A stretch of 56,905 bases of DNA, the filler included, from Sluysia triapertura (taxonomy: Eukaryota), in NCBI GenBank assembly GCA_046118255.1. It is 4 parts of 4 records of this genome, joined end to end, with 100 filler letters (N's around TTAATTAATTAA, not from the genome) between each part and the next. Parts side by side here need not be neighbours in the genome. Positions count along the whole stretch, not along the records: positions 1 to 15,494 come from JBJNIA010226682.1; 3 more parts are not named here. One strand, written 5' to 3'. The translations under genes and the position numbers were made by a program. The notes under the pieces are model-generated. The model was not told the DNA's origin and searched no databases. It worked only from the letters and a program-made list of their open reading frames with translations. Shown here one piece after another: positions 1 through 11,313 of this stretch; position 1 is the first letter of the stretch, and each line of letters opens with the position of its first letter.

Positions 1-25
1 TCTTTTCAATCCAAAACATGAATTC

Positions 26-493
26 TTGAAGTCTCTTATATCAAGAAAGTGGGCCCACCTTCCGAATTCATTATGTTTTAATAACTACAGTTGCAATAAA
101 TATATTGTATGTACATTTTGTATTAATCATGAAAATATTTTAATGTCCTTTGGAATACATGTTAGTGATCATTTTTCAGTTTTAGTATTTTGGTATCAAA
201 GATATAATTCTAATTTAATGCAATGTAGTCAATGTTCAGATGCTGCATTAAAAGTGAACTTCATTAATTCAATGATAAAGTCGTCGCGACATCAATGCGA
301 ATTTGTGGATTTAAGAATAGAATCCACCTCGATAAAAACTCTAATATTAAAAGATAGATTATTCAAGGATAAAAATTCTGTAATTGATAAAGTGGTAAAT
401 ATGTCTACAGATCTTCCTGAATCAGTCGAAGTCGAATACCATGACCACCACATTAATGCAGCCAACCAGAATATAAGTCTGTATTTATCATGA
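26..493 (+). CDS. Cys-rich ORF with CxxC pairs (possible zinc-binding or RING-like half), probably degenerate element cargo
   Basis: 155-codon open frame in very AT-rich DNA containing SCNKYIVCTFC and CSQC; family not recognised. Confidence 0.3.
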   Translation: MKSLISRKWAHLPNSLCFNNYSCNKYIVCTFCINHENILMSFGIHVSDHFSVLVFWYQRYNSNLMQCSQCSDAALKVNFINSMIKSSRHQCEFVDLRIESTSIKTLILKDRLFKDKNSVIDKVVNMSTDLPESVEVEYHDHHINAANQNISLYLS

Positions 494-1414
494 TTAGCTT
501 TTAGTAAATTGTTCTACCGAATGCTTAACTTAATTCAAGTCAACCAAACATTAATACGATGGATTCTGAGTCAACCTGTTATAATCTATGTATCGATAAG
601 CGAAACTGAATATGATTATCAACTGATCTTGTCAAAAAGAAGTCATCAATATATTTTAGCAGTAAAGAAATACATAAATGCGGTAATAAATATTTTTTTT
701 ATAGATTTTCATATAATAGTAGTTCTGTTAGTTTCAAATTAATTTGTTTACATAATTATCTTTTAGTTGATCGAAGCACTTGCTGGATGATGAAATGCTG
801 GCGAAATGGGTACAAAGATCATTATGACATAGTCATTGTTAATTCTAAATTTTTCCAAATGCTTGAAATAAAATTTTATGTTAAAATTCTTCTTTGTTCA
901 ACAATAAAATTTTATATTAAGATCTTGATTTTAATCTTACAGTTTCATGTTCAAATCCCTATCAAGATTATAAAGATGAAGTATATTATAAGGAATAACT
1001 TAAAATACAGATTCGATATATATTATCATTTCATTAACTATAAATATTACTATAAGATTCATAGGAAGGTGAAAAGCCTTATGAAAGTTAAATTTAATAA
1101 AGGAAAAAATATATCAAACAATCAAAAAGTAAGCCTTAGGTCAAATAATTGTCAGTTGAAATCGTCATATACATTCTTAATTCCTGAAGTATCGTTTAAT
1201 ATTATCGTTTGCGATAAAACTAATAATACGCCCTCAAATCTAACTTACACCTTCAACATAAATATTAAATTTCAAAATTTGCTTTAAAATACTATTTAAA
1301 ATTAACCACAACATCATCGTCTATAAAATGGTGTCTGGAGCGATCATCCCCTATAGCAACACCTTAATAATGGTTGCGTAATCTTCTAAAATATAAAATT
1401 TTAATTAAACACCT

Positions 1415-1432
1415 AGTAAAGGGTTGTAACAC
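1415..1432 (+). mobile_element. Possible weak PPT followed by an LTR-type start (TGTAAC)
   Basis: AGTAAAGGG, then T, then TGTAACAC at 1425; no matching LTR end identified. Confidence 0.25.
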
Positions 1433-2659
1433 AAAGTAATTAGAGTGATTCATATTAAAGATAAATCCTAAGTGAAAAGTTAGTTAAGTTTAATAGAATT
1501 AAGAAAACCTAATAGTACGTCTCCAATAGTGGTATAAATCATATATATTAGACGAACCGACTTCTAGATAAATTGCAGTAAGTTTAAGTTTAAGAATACA
1601 CTTGCATTTTTAACTTATTAAAATAATTAACAATTGAGTCATAATTGTTAACATAGACATTTACGAATAGTTGATACCTAATTATTCGGCTGAAAATTGA
1701 AAGATTTTGACGGCAATAAAATAACAAAGTTAACATCGAGATGGAAAGTTATCAAAATAAGCGGATACATAAATACATATATTTTTGCATTTCTCATTTT
1801 TCTGTGGACTTTATTTCCAACCTAATATCACTTAAATAATACAGAATTAATACCTAAGATTATTTGACCTCCATTTTCTTTAAGAATTTCATTTTATAAA
1901 TTCTGTAGACAAACCATTCGTCCAGACGATAGTATGTTTTTTTCTTTTTTTTTCACATCAACAAAAAGTATTTGAATTAAAAGTATATTGTAACATTTTA
2001 ATTTTATATATATTATTATTATTAATTAAAATATTATTATTATTATTAATTAATGAAACATCTGGTATTATTGATACATACAAATTATTTTAAAATATTA
2101 TAAATATCTCAACAATTATTTAGAAACATTATTGTTTTAAAAGTAAATTTTAGTATAAAAGGAAGAAAATTAAAGCACAAATTGATTAGAAGAGTTTTTA
2201 AAAGTTTTCCTTGTGTTGCGTCTTTAAAATTTATTAGTTATTACAACTCAATATTAACTTGATTAGTTTAAATGGTCAGTATATCAAGTATAATTTTACA
2301 GTAATCTTCTTTTATAATATTAATAAATATTATCCCTAATTTAAGTTCTTGAAAATCAATAATGTACTATTAAACAAAAAATCGAAATATAATTTATTGT
2401 CAATAAGAATCTTTACTAAATACTGAGAACAACTAAAATGACAAAAATAACAATAGCGTTTATAATAAAATCAAGGATATATTACAATCTAATTAAAACA
2501 ACCAGGAGTGACGCAACAGACATTAACAATAACTAGAAAATTATTAGTAATTATGTTATTTGAATATTTTTGGTCAACGTAACAGAGCGATTACAACTAC
2601 AATAAAATTCTTTTATAATAATACCTTTAAAGAAAAACTTAACAGCAATTTCTAGAGAT

Positions 2660-2975
2660 AAAATACTTAATATTTTGATAGCATAAATTGCGTATGGAAT
2701 TTCTATTTAATTCGCCTTAAAATAACTGAAAATCAAAAATAATTTAAATATAATCTTCAACAAAAAATTACGTAAACTGTTTTTCAATTAATTACCTTAA
2801 AAATTACTAAAAATCAAATATAGTCTTAACAAAAATTGCGTAGGGAGTCTCTTATCAATCCACCTTAAAAATAACAACACATTTAATATTTTAAAACAAA
2901 ATGGCCAAGGGAGTCTTTCAATAAATAACAATAATATCCCTTAAAAAATAATAACAAATTTAATATTTTAAGATA
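2660..2975. repeat. Degenerate tandem repeat, about 65-80 bp unit, 4-5 copies
   Basis: Recurring AAATTGCGTA...CCTTAAAA(A)TAAC...AATAT blocks. Confidence 0.65.
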
Positions 2976-3289
2976 AAATTAATTATTTATATTATCTTAA
3001 TAAAACAATAAATAAATAAAATTAAAGACCTTACCCAATACATGGATTTTCATATCTATCGTACTCATTGTCATTGTTGTTATTTTGTTACTGTGTTGTA
3101 AAAATTTAGAAATCTTTATTTTATAGTGTATCATCATCTAATCAATTCACAATCTCACAACCAAACATTCTCTCACACAAATCATTCAAACCTCTTTGAG
3201 AATCAAACCAAATTTTAACTTTGACAACTACATGGTACGGTCTGTCAAACTTTATTAGGTACAAAACATAGAAATCTGGTTTATTATCA

Positions 3290-4345
3290 TTTCCTTTTAC
3301 TCTACTCAATCTATTTTTACTTAAATTACTTCTCACATTAAAATAACAATCAGCAATACTGTTAACATACATAAAAATAATGAATTATTTAATTAATTTT
3401 CTATTTTTCACACCAAATTTTCTAATGAAAAATTATTAAGGTTCTTATTCTCAAACAAACCATTTTACAAACATTTCGAGTCCACTTATCGATTCTCCTC
3501 TTTCATAACGATCATCTTATATTCCATTCATCACATTTGCATCACTCTAAGTGTTAAAAATTTAACATTTCATAATTAAAAATTAAATAAGATTTGACTT
3601 TGCTCAATATTAAGACTTTCCTTGAATGAACTCGGTTAAACCATGCTTACATCGAGAGGTCTTTTCAAAACAAATACATACACAGTTTCAAATTTAACAT
3701 AACATTCCGCATTCAAAAGTTATTCAAGAAACGTACTTTTTCTTAATTAAGTTAATTAAGATTTTTAATTAGTTAATCTATTTTTAGACTTTATCTTATT
3801 CTATGTTTAAAAGTTTTATTGAGGTTTTAAAGTCATTTTAATAGTTTATAAGGCATTCAGGAGGCTTTAGATGTTTTCATCTTCACCTCTCTGATTCCTT
3901 TTTCAACTTCCACATGTTAATTATTACTATAATGAACTTATCTTTATTATTTCAAACAAAGATTTTATTTCTCAATCATTTTAAGGATTTTATACACTTT
4001 ATAAGTCTACTAAAGGATCTCAAATGCTTATCGATATTTCAAGAATACTTAAAAGTTACTAAGGTCTTCAATGGTCCAAAGGTTCTAAAGTTCAAAGGCA
4101 CCCCAATGCCTCCAAAAGCTTTTCAAGTCCATCTCAAGCTTCCATAAGATCTCAAACCCTTATATAGGTCTTTGGAACTCCAAGGTATTCTTTAACTGTT
4201 AACATTATTATAGATATTTTTACTCTCATGATTCTTATTCCAATAATGTTTACCATGTCCAATCCATCACTGTGTATCAGTTTTTCCCTAATTTTATATG
4301 TTTTCATTCATCACCAGATGCACAGTTGGGTAATCCCAACAATTA
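3290..4345 (-). repeat. Dispersed repeat family A, copy 1 (reverse complement of 37070-37975)
   Basis: Shared blocks such as ttaattaagatttttaattagttaatctatttttagactttat, aagactttccttgaatgaactcg and cagttgggtaatcccaaca match 37070-37975 in reverse complement. Confidence 0.75.
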
Positions 4346-4794
4346 TAGATGTTTTATCTTTATCATTCTTTCCTCAATAATATTTTATTATATTTCTATT
4401 ATTTTATATCAATATTTTATGTGTTGCGTTTTTATCTTTTTTAATACACTTCAAATTTTAAAAGACAATTGAATGAATCTCAATCTCAATATATATCACA
4501 ATAAAAATCAAATAATTAAGTCAATAAAAGTCTTTTACAATTAATAAAATAAAATTAATTTATAATACTCTTTCAGGGTTACACAACACAAATAAATATT
4601 AGTACTCAGAATACAATAAATAAATAATAAAAACTCAAGACTCAACTAACCACAAATAAGTTGGCTCTTTTAATAAATTTTAGTCCGATTTCTAAAGATT
4701 TTAAGATTCAGCCTTCTTACAGCAAAAGTTATTATAATTTTCTTTGGTTCGGCTTTGTGTCAAATGATAGAAAAATGTGGTTCTTTATATAGTG

Positions 4795-4959
4795 TTTGGA
4801 TAATTGCTAGAAGTCGGAAATTCGACTTAATTATTGTTCATATCGACAAGTCATGCTTACTTCTTAGAGTAGATTTTATGCTGACCAATTTTATTAATTA
4901 AAATTGAATATAAATTTCCATCGAATTTCATTTTTAATATTATCTAGCAATTATCCAAA
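4795..4959. repeat. Inverted repeat with perfect 17-bp arms
   Basis: TTTGGATAATTGCTAGA (4795-4811) and TCTAGCAATTATCCAAA (4943-4959), with a second inner pair GAAATTCGA/TCGAATTTC. Confidence 0.85.
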
Positions 4960-7959
4960 GATAATAAGCTTTGTGGCGAACAAACTCTTACTTTTTGAAA
5001 ATAAAATTAAAATTTAAGATCAATACAACAATAAATTAACTTAAATTGAATAAAAATCCAAACAATTATAAAACTAATTTTCAATAACTTTTGATATAAT
5101 ACGAAACACGTTAATGATACGTCTCACGTCAATATCAATAACATATTTAGAACAATCTCTTAATAAGCATTAATTTGACATATACTTTTACTATGTATGC
5201 CCATTATAATATGTAGAAATTAATTAAAAATAATGATTTTACGCCATCTACGTTGACATGTTTCATACCGTCTTGTTACATTTCATGATATATTTTATTG
5301 TGTGATACCCATCTCCATGCAAATATAAGAAAAGTTATTGATTAAAAATGATTTTCAAACAATTCTAATTAAATTAATTAACATACAAATTTTTTGTAAA
5401 ATTTTATAAAATATTGATCCCTTTACGTTGGAGTTGCAATATTCTTTCAGTTATTTTATTTTCCGACAACTCCGACAATGTTTAGGTTAAGTACATATTT
5501 CTACATATTTGTCCAATTTTGTCTCACCTTACTTTGTCTAACAGTAAGTCAATACTAAAATTTCTTTAATAATGTTTATCTTAACTAACAAAGGGCGCAT
5601 CTGATTGAGTTCTAGTAAAACGCTAGATTTATGTATAAAATTACATGATCACTTTACTTTAATTTACAAGATTATAATAAATTAAAATTTTTTACTTAAT
5701 ACTTTTATTCTAATTATTGATTATCATTTTATGGTGTAAAATTATGTTGCACAAAATTATAAGTGGTTTTAAGTCTCAAATCAATGTATGAAGAAATAGA
5801 TCATAGGCTTAATAGACAATGCTATATGAAAGCACAATGTAACATAGCCAGGACCGCACATATTAGCTATGATTTTATCTATCTAAACATTTTTTCATAT
5901 GCAGATTATTATACTGGTTTAATTTATAGTTTACATTATTTCTATTCATATGAAAAATACTTTTTCAGCGAGAAAGCGCTGCTTTGTAACGTGTATTCAA
6001 TTATATAATTCTAGAGTTAAATTCCACTCCAAGTCCAATTTCCTATAGTTAATATCATATAAGTTTAATGCATATTTTGCCGTGATAAAAGGGTCAATTT
6101 CATTTTTTACATTCAGTTTTCTCTATATTTGTTTGATCATAATATAATTTGTTTAGTATTAATATTTTAGTAAAATTAGTTTCTTGATACTTTTCTACTT
6201 ACTAATTAAGATTAGTAAATTCCACTTCATATTTCTACTTTCTTTTTATATTTTGGTTTCAGACAATATAGACTACTAGAGATATTTTTTTAAAATATCG
6301 CAGATGTTAGTTTTATTTAATTAAAATTTTATTAAGACTTGGCGTGCGGATATTCTTCGTCGCAGACTTACGCGTACAGTAAAATCAGCAAAAAACCGAC
6401 TAACTCGACAAACAAAATCTCTGGGAATAAATGCAATACAAACACAATATTTATACGATACTCGCTCTCTAGCACAAATGTGCGAGATACGTTTTTTATG
6501 TGACCTACGTTTCAGTGACAAATCGCGAAAATACGAAGCCCTTACACAATGCGTTAAAGGTGTTTAAAATTATTCTAAATCAATTAGCACCACAGTAAGA
6601 AAGACATTTCTGCAATTTTAGAAAATATTCGCAAAATTATAAATAACTAAAACCCAAATATTACGATATTTATTGTTTATTCTGTCAAATCCGAACAATC
6701 AACAATACATCTAATAAATAAACAGTCATCTTTTACATACTGATTTAAATTTGTGTGTTGAATAAAATGACTGATACCTACCGGTTCATTCATATTACTT
6801 TGTGGTTTCTTGAAACTATTTTTATGCTCTGTTGACTGAAATTAGAAAATTACCACAGAAAATGTACATATAATGTTTATTATAACTTCAAAATATTTAT
6901 TTCATTCATGTTAGAAAACTAATTTAGTTGGATAATGATTTTTAGTTTCAGTTATTCATGATTATATTTTATTTTTTATACGTTTTTATTTTAAATAAAA
7001 ATATTACAAAAATTAAAAATTTTATTATTTTCATGTTATAATAAACATTTACAGTAAGAAAAATGCAACATACATTATATTTAAACTGCATTTTTGTAAT
7101 TCATAAACGAAATTTTTTTCTGGTATATTTTAATTATAATTGTAAATTTATAATTCTAATTGATTCGAATTGCTCAAATATCTTTCAACCAATATTCAAT
7201 AATACTACTATTTTTTCAAATAAATTTTAATCATGAAAATGATATTTCAAAGCTGGAGCTCATAAAACCACGATATCAACATTAAAATATTTGTTTTTTT
7301 TCTGAAAATCTTTTCTTTCACGTCTTGAAATAACCAAACTCATTAAATGTCTTTGTATAAAGAAAGATAAATTCTTTCAAATTCTTTTAAACTACACTAG
7401 ACGAAAATAAAATTTTAATTTACAGATCAGGCTTCTAATTTGAATTTTCAATTTAATACAATTGATGTAATTGATAAACCTATTAACACTTTTCAAATTT
7501 ATTAATTATAAAACTTAATAACTAATTAAAAATTCGTGAATTATACAATCAAATTTAATATTTGTTCACGTTCATTACCATTTTCGACTGTAATGGAATC
7601 CATATAAATCCAATTTCAGTTTGGGTCGAAAGAATATGATTCTTATTTATTTCACTAGTAAACAAATATGATTCAAATAAGAAAATAATTTGAATTTGTG
7701 ATACTGGAACAAAATATTGGTAATTAATCAATTTAACTATTAGAATTTTTACAATTTTTACTAATCGTCGTTATTGTACAATATATGCTTAATTTTATAG
7801 TCACAAAAATTGTTATTATCATAACTTTGAAAATTGTTATTTTTCCGCGAGTCATCTTTAAAAATTATTCAACTAGAATTTATTATCATACATTTTTATG
7901 TATTTTTTAAAGATACATTTTACAAATTGACATTTATCTATAAAATGTAATGTTTGAAG

Positions 7960-9110
7960 ATAAAATACTGCTTTAATAATTTTAAGATACATTTTCTTTC
8001 TACAAAACTTTTATTACATTTTGTTGAATTTCGCAATATTTTATTCAATATTATCAATATAAAGTTTTTATGAAGAATTATGCCCATCGAAACCAATCAT
8101 ACATAAATTTCGAACACGATTTTGTATAATGAAAACATTTATTGGAACTAATTAATGTTAAAATAGTATACAAAATAATTTCTAATAAAAATTATAATAG
8201 TATAAAAGTATAATAATAGTATACTAAAAAAATCGATATAATGATAAAATTTTAAACTTACATTAGTTAAAGAACTAATCATAAACTCTTCGGATTTATT
8301 TACTTCATTTTCTTGACTCATAATTATGAAAGTAAACTTTTGTTTGAATGGCCATGATAATAAATTGTCATATTTACCTTTCATTATTACCAAGTACAAA
8401 CTGATGGCATTATCAAAAGCTGTACTATCTCCATTGGGATATAATTGCAAACACATTTTATAACTAAATCAAATTTTAAATTAATAAATAAAAAGATACT
8501 AAATATAACAAAAGTTAATTTAATATTTATTCATGTCTGAAAATGAAAATATTCTTAAAAATAGCCAAGTCAAGATAAAGGAACATAAGCATTCTCCGGA
8601 TACAAGTCTAATTATGTTTACACAAATATATAGATTGGCATAAACTTAACTTAATTGTTAAATTGTTATTCTTTCTAGGAGAAATAAACATCATTGAGAC
8701 TAATTCGAATATGTAAAAATACTGAGATACAATAACACTAAACAATTTTTGTTAATGATATTTGTTACTAATATTAATGTAAAATATTTAAAATATTGGT
8801 TTAAAGATTCTTTCTTAAAATAAAAATTATCATAAACAAATTAAACAATTTAATTTAAAAGTAAAGTAATACTTAGACACAAATATATTAAAATGACAAG
8901 GGAGAATGAGTATAAATGATAAGTAATCACACAAGATCATAAAAGTTAAGAGACTAAAAAATCTTACTTCCTCAGTTACAACCTCATTTTGTAGGAACTC
9001 AGAGCAGTTTTCCAATAATTTTAAGTGATCGGTAGCTACCGATTTTCGAAAGTGATGAATATCCGAATTTGCATATTTTTCCTTGAGAAACAGTCGGATT
9101 TATATCGAAA
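7960..9110 (-). pseudogene. TRAF-family gene copy, partly degenerate (end of zinc finger/coiled coil plus MATH domain)
   Basis: Exon about 9100-8968 reads ...SVATDHLKLLENCSEFLQNEVVTEE then GTAAG; MATH exon 8463-8262; downstream frameshifted remnant resembling the terminal MATH strand (FVERKMYLKII). Confidence 0.6.
8262..8463 (-). CDS. Internal exon encoding a TRAF-type MATH domain
   Basis: tttAG acceptor and GTAAGT donor flank YKMCLQLYPNGDSTAFDNAISLYLVIMKGKYDNLLSWPFKQKFTFIIMSQ, matching the TRAF consensus GYKxCxRxYLNGxG...SLFxVxMKGxYDxLLxWPFxQKVTF. Confidence 0.88.
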
Positions 9111-9643
9111 TATTATTCACTAAATTATTTATAAATACGTAAAATTTTTATTAACTTTAAGTTACGCTAAGTAGTTCTTTTTAGAAACTGTATACCGTTA
9201 AATGCTATTATATGTACTTATAATGAGCCTTATTATGTATTAATAATTTAAATTTTCTTGTAAACTCAGGTTCTTAATAATATTCAGTATCCTCCATTTG
9301 TTCTAATTTTAAAACCAAAAATTATTTGATGTAAAAATCACAAATTGTTATTACTCTTTTAATATTTCTGAATGGTTTCTTAATTTTTGCTTACACGAAC
9401 TTTTGGTTTGCAATGTTAATTTAAATGTCTTTACTTATATTATTATTCTTTAATAACTTAAACTTTCCTGGTAATTTTTTTAACCTTATATCGTATAGAC
9501 TCTTTATCGTTTAATTTATAAGTAATATGATTTAAACTTATTATATCTAGACGTGTGAGATCGGATACTCGTTTCAGTGACCTGAAATGGAAGTGCGAAG
9601 TAAGTTTTGAGTTTGATATCAAATAAAATAAAATCTTGTTATA

Positions 9644-10120
9644 TTAAGGAAATTCAAATCTCAACCGAATATCAAAATCAAATTTATTATTTAATGTAAA
9701 TTTATTTTTCTCCTGGAAGCCTATTGCCATAAAATAATAATTACTGTCGATCGAGCTAATTGTCCGTAATATAAGATCTCTGAGAAGTCCGACTATTCTC
9801 GTAGATTGATAACCACAACTTAATTCAATGTTTTTCTTAGATACTAATTCATATGCTGTATGCCCGTAAGGACAATTATTTCCGTTCTTTACACATACCG
9901 TATTTATCAGTGGCGAATGAACAGAAAGCAATCATTTTAGTTTCGTAATCATCGTGTTTGCTACCATTAACCTCATTATAATCAATATACCTTTAACTTT
10001 ACAATCATCGTTTTTATAATCATTATGATCCATATGGTTTTTAACATTATTGACATTCTTATTATGATCATTGACTTTATACTCATAATCTTTATAATAG
10101 TTGGATTTAGCAGAATTCAT
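9644..10120 (-). pseudogene. DYK/Asp-Lys-rich repeat protein with CCCH zinc finger, copy 1 (frameshifted)
   Basis: MNSAKSNYYKDYEYK... followed, across frameshifts, by IAFCSFATDKYGMC/KNGNNCPYGHTAYEL; paralogue at 27462-27824. Confidence 0.6.
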
Positions 10121-10239
10121 AATTTATTTTGCTCTAATTTTCACCACGTTTTTTAACAAATTGGTATAACTACGTTTTTTATTAAATATTGTTTGTTTTC
10201 GGAAATAAATTGAAAAATCTTAAGTTTTCTGCCAATAAT

Positions 10240-11313
10240 TAGTTATACTTGTGATTGCTACTGTGGCATGATTGGTTGTTAATATTAGTTACACTCACCG
10301 TGATTGCAATGTAAATCACCTAACAAAAGCAATTGCTGATTGGTCATCCAACCAACAGTGTTTTCATGATAATAGTAGTACTTAATGATTTGGTTGGATG
10401 ACCAATACAAATTAACAGAAAATAGAGAGACAAACCATCATCAATGTTGACATTCATTTATACACAGTGATTAGTTATGACAACATGGATGGTGGTAATT
10501 TCTGATTTATTTAAAAATTAATATTTTAAAAATAAATATAAAATTAAAATGATAACAATAATAATAACAACAGGAGTGTTATTATTGTTACTACCACATA
10601 AATTCTTTATTTGTCTTACATCTTTGAAATTACATGATCTGTCTTTTTGAATCTTTGTTTTCTCGACGTATTTGAAAGCTAAAATTGAAAATAATATGTA
10701 TTAAAGTGTAAATGGTTAAGACTTAAGTACTTTAGAATAGTATAATGTTAAAATGAGTGATAAATGTGCATTGATGTTTTGAAAGAAGGTCATGTTTGGT
10801 TGTTAGGATTTAATGATAAAAGATCGTGCATTTGGAATGTTCGAGATGATTTAAAAGTTTGTGATAATTAATTTCGAATGTAGTTGAAATTGAATTGTTG
10901 AGAGATGAAAGATAAAATATTTTGGATGAATTTTTAATGTAATTTGATGGTATTGAATGTCACCGTGGTTTATATGTTATAAGATTGTAGATTTAAATTG
11001 ACTTTAGCGGATGAATTGTTCTAGAGAATGTAGAGGAGATAAATATGATAATGTTAAAATGTTAGAGGGTTGACAATTTAAAATGTTTTGATAAATGAAA
11101 GTTTATTTTGGTGAATGTGAAAAGAGTTGCAATATATAAATGGTTGTGAAGACTTTTACAAAGTTGTGTGGTGTTAAAACGAGTATGTTTTTAATTGTAT
11201 TGGATTAAATTGTGAATTTGGAAATGTAAGTTGTTGATTTTGGAATGAGTGTTATAAGATATATGGGTTGTAAATTTTAATAAAATTGTTAAATTTACAT
11301 GTTGGCCACCACA
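10240..11313 (-). repeat. Dispersed module B, copy 1: strand-skewed tract plus two hairpins
   Basis: Reverse complement aligns with 41442-42530 from TGTGGTGGCCAACA; hairpins 10339-10406 (17-bp perfect arms) and 10435-10495 (15/18). Confidence 0.7.

Noticed and set aside
1-40. Minus-strand FMFWIEK sharing TGGATTGAAAAG with the BH2 motif
   Set aside because: Cut by the window edge before the GGW could be seen, and the upstream minus-strand frames show no BH1/BH3 pattern.
2660-2975. Repeat-spacer-like pattern as a CRISPR array
   Set aside because: Whole units are degenerate tandem copies without unique spacers; eukaryotic context and no cas genes.
6321-6521. Arg-rich ORF sharing CGTTTCAGTGAC with 9571-9582
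   Set aside because: Only a 12-nt match and no recognisable protein family.
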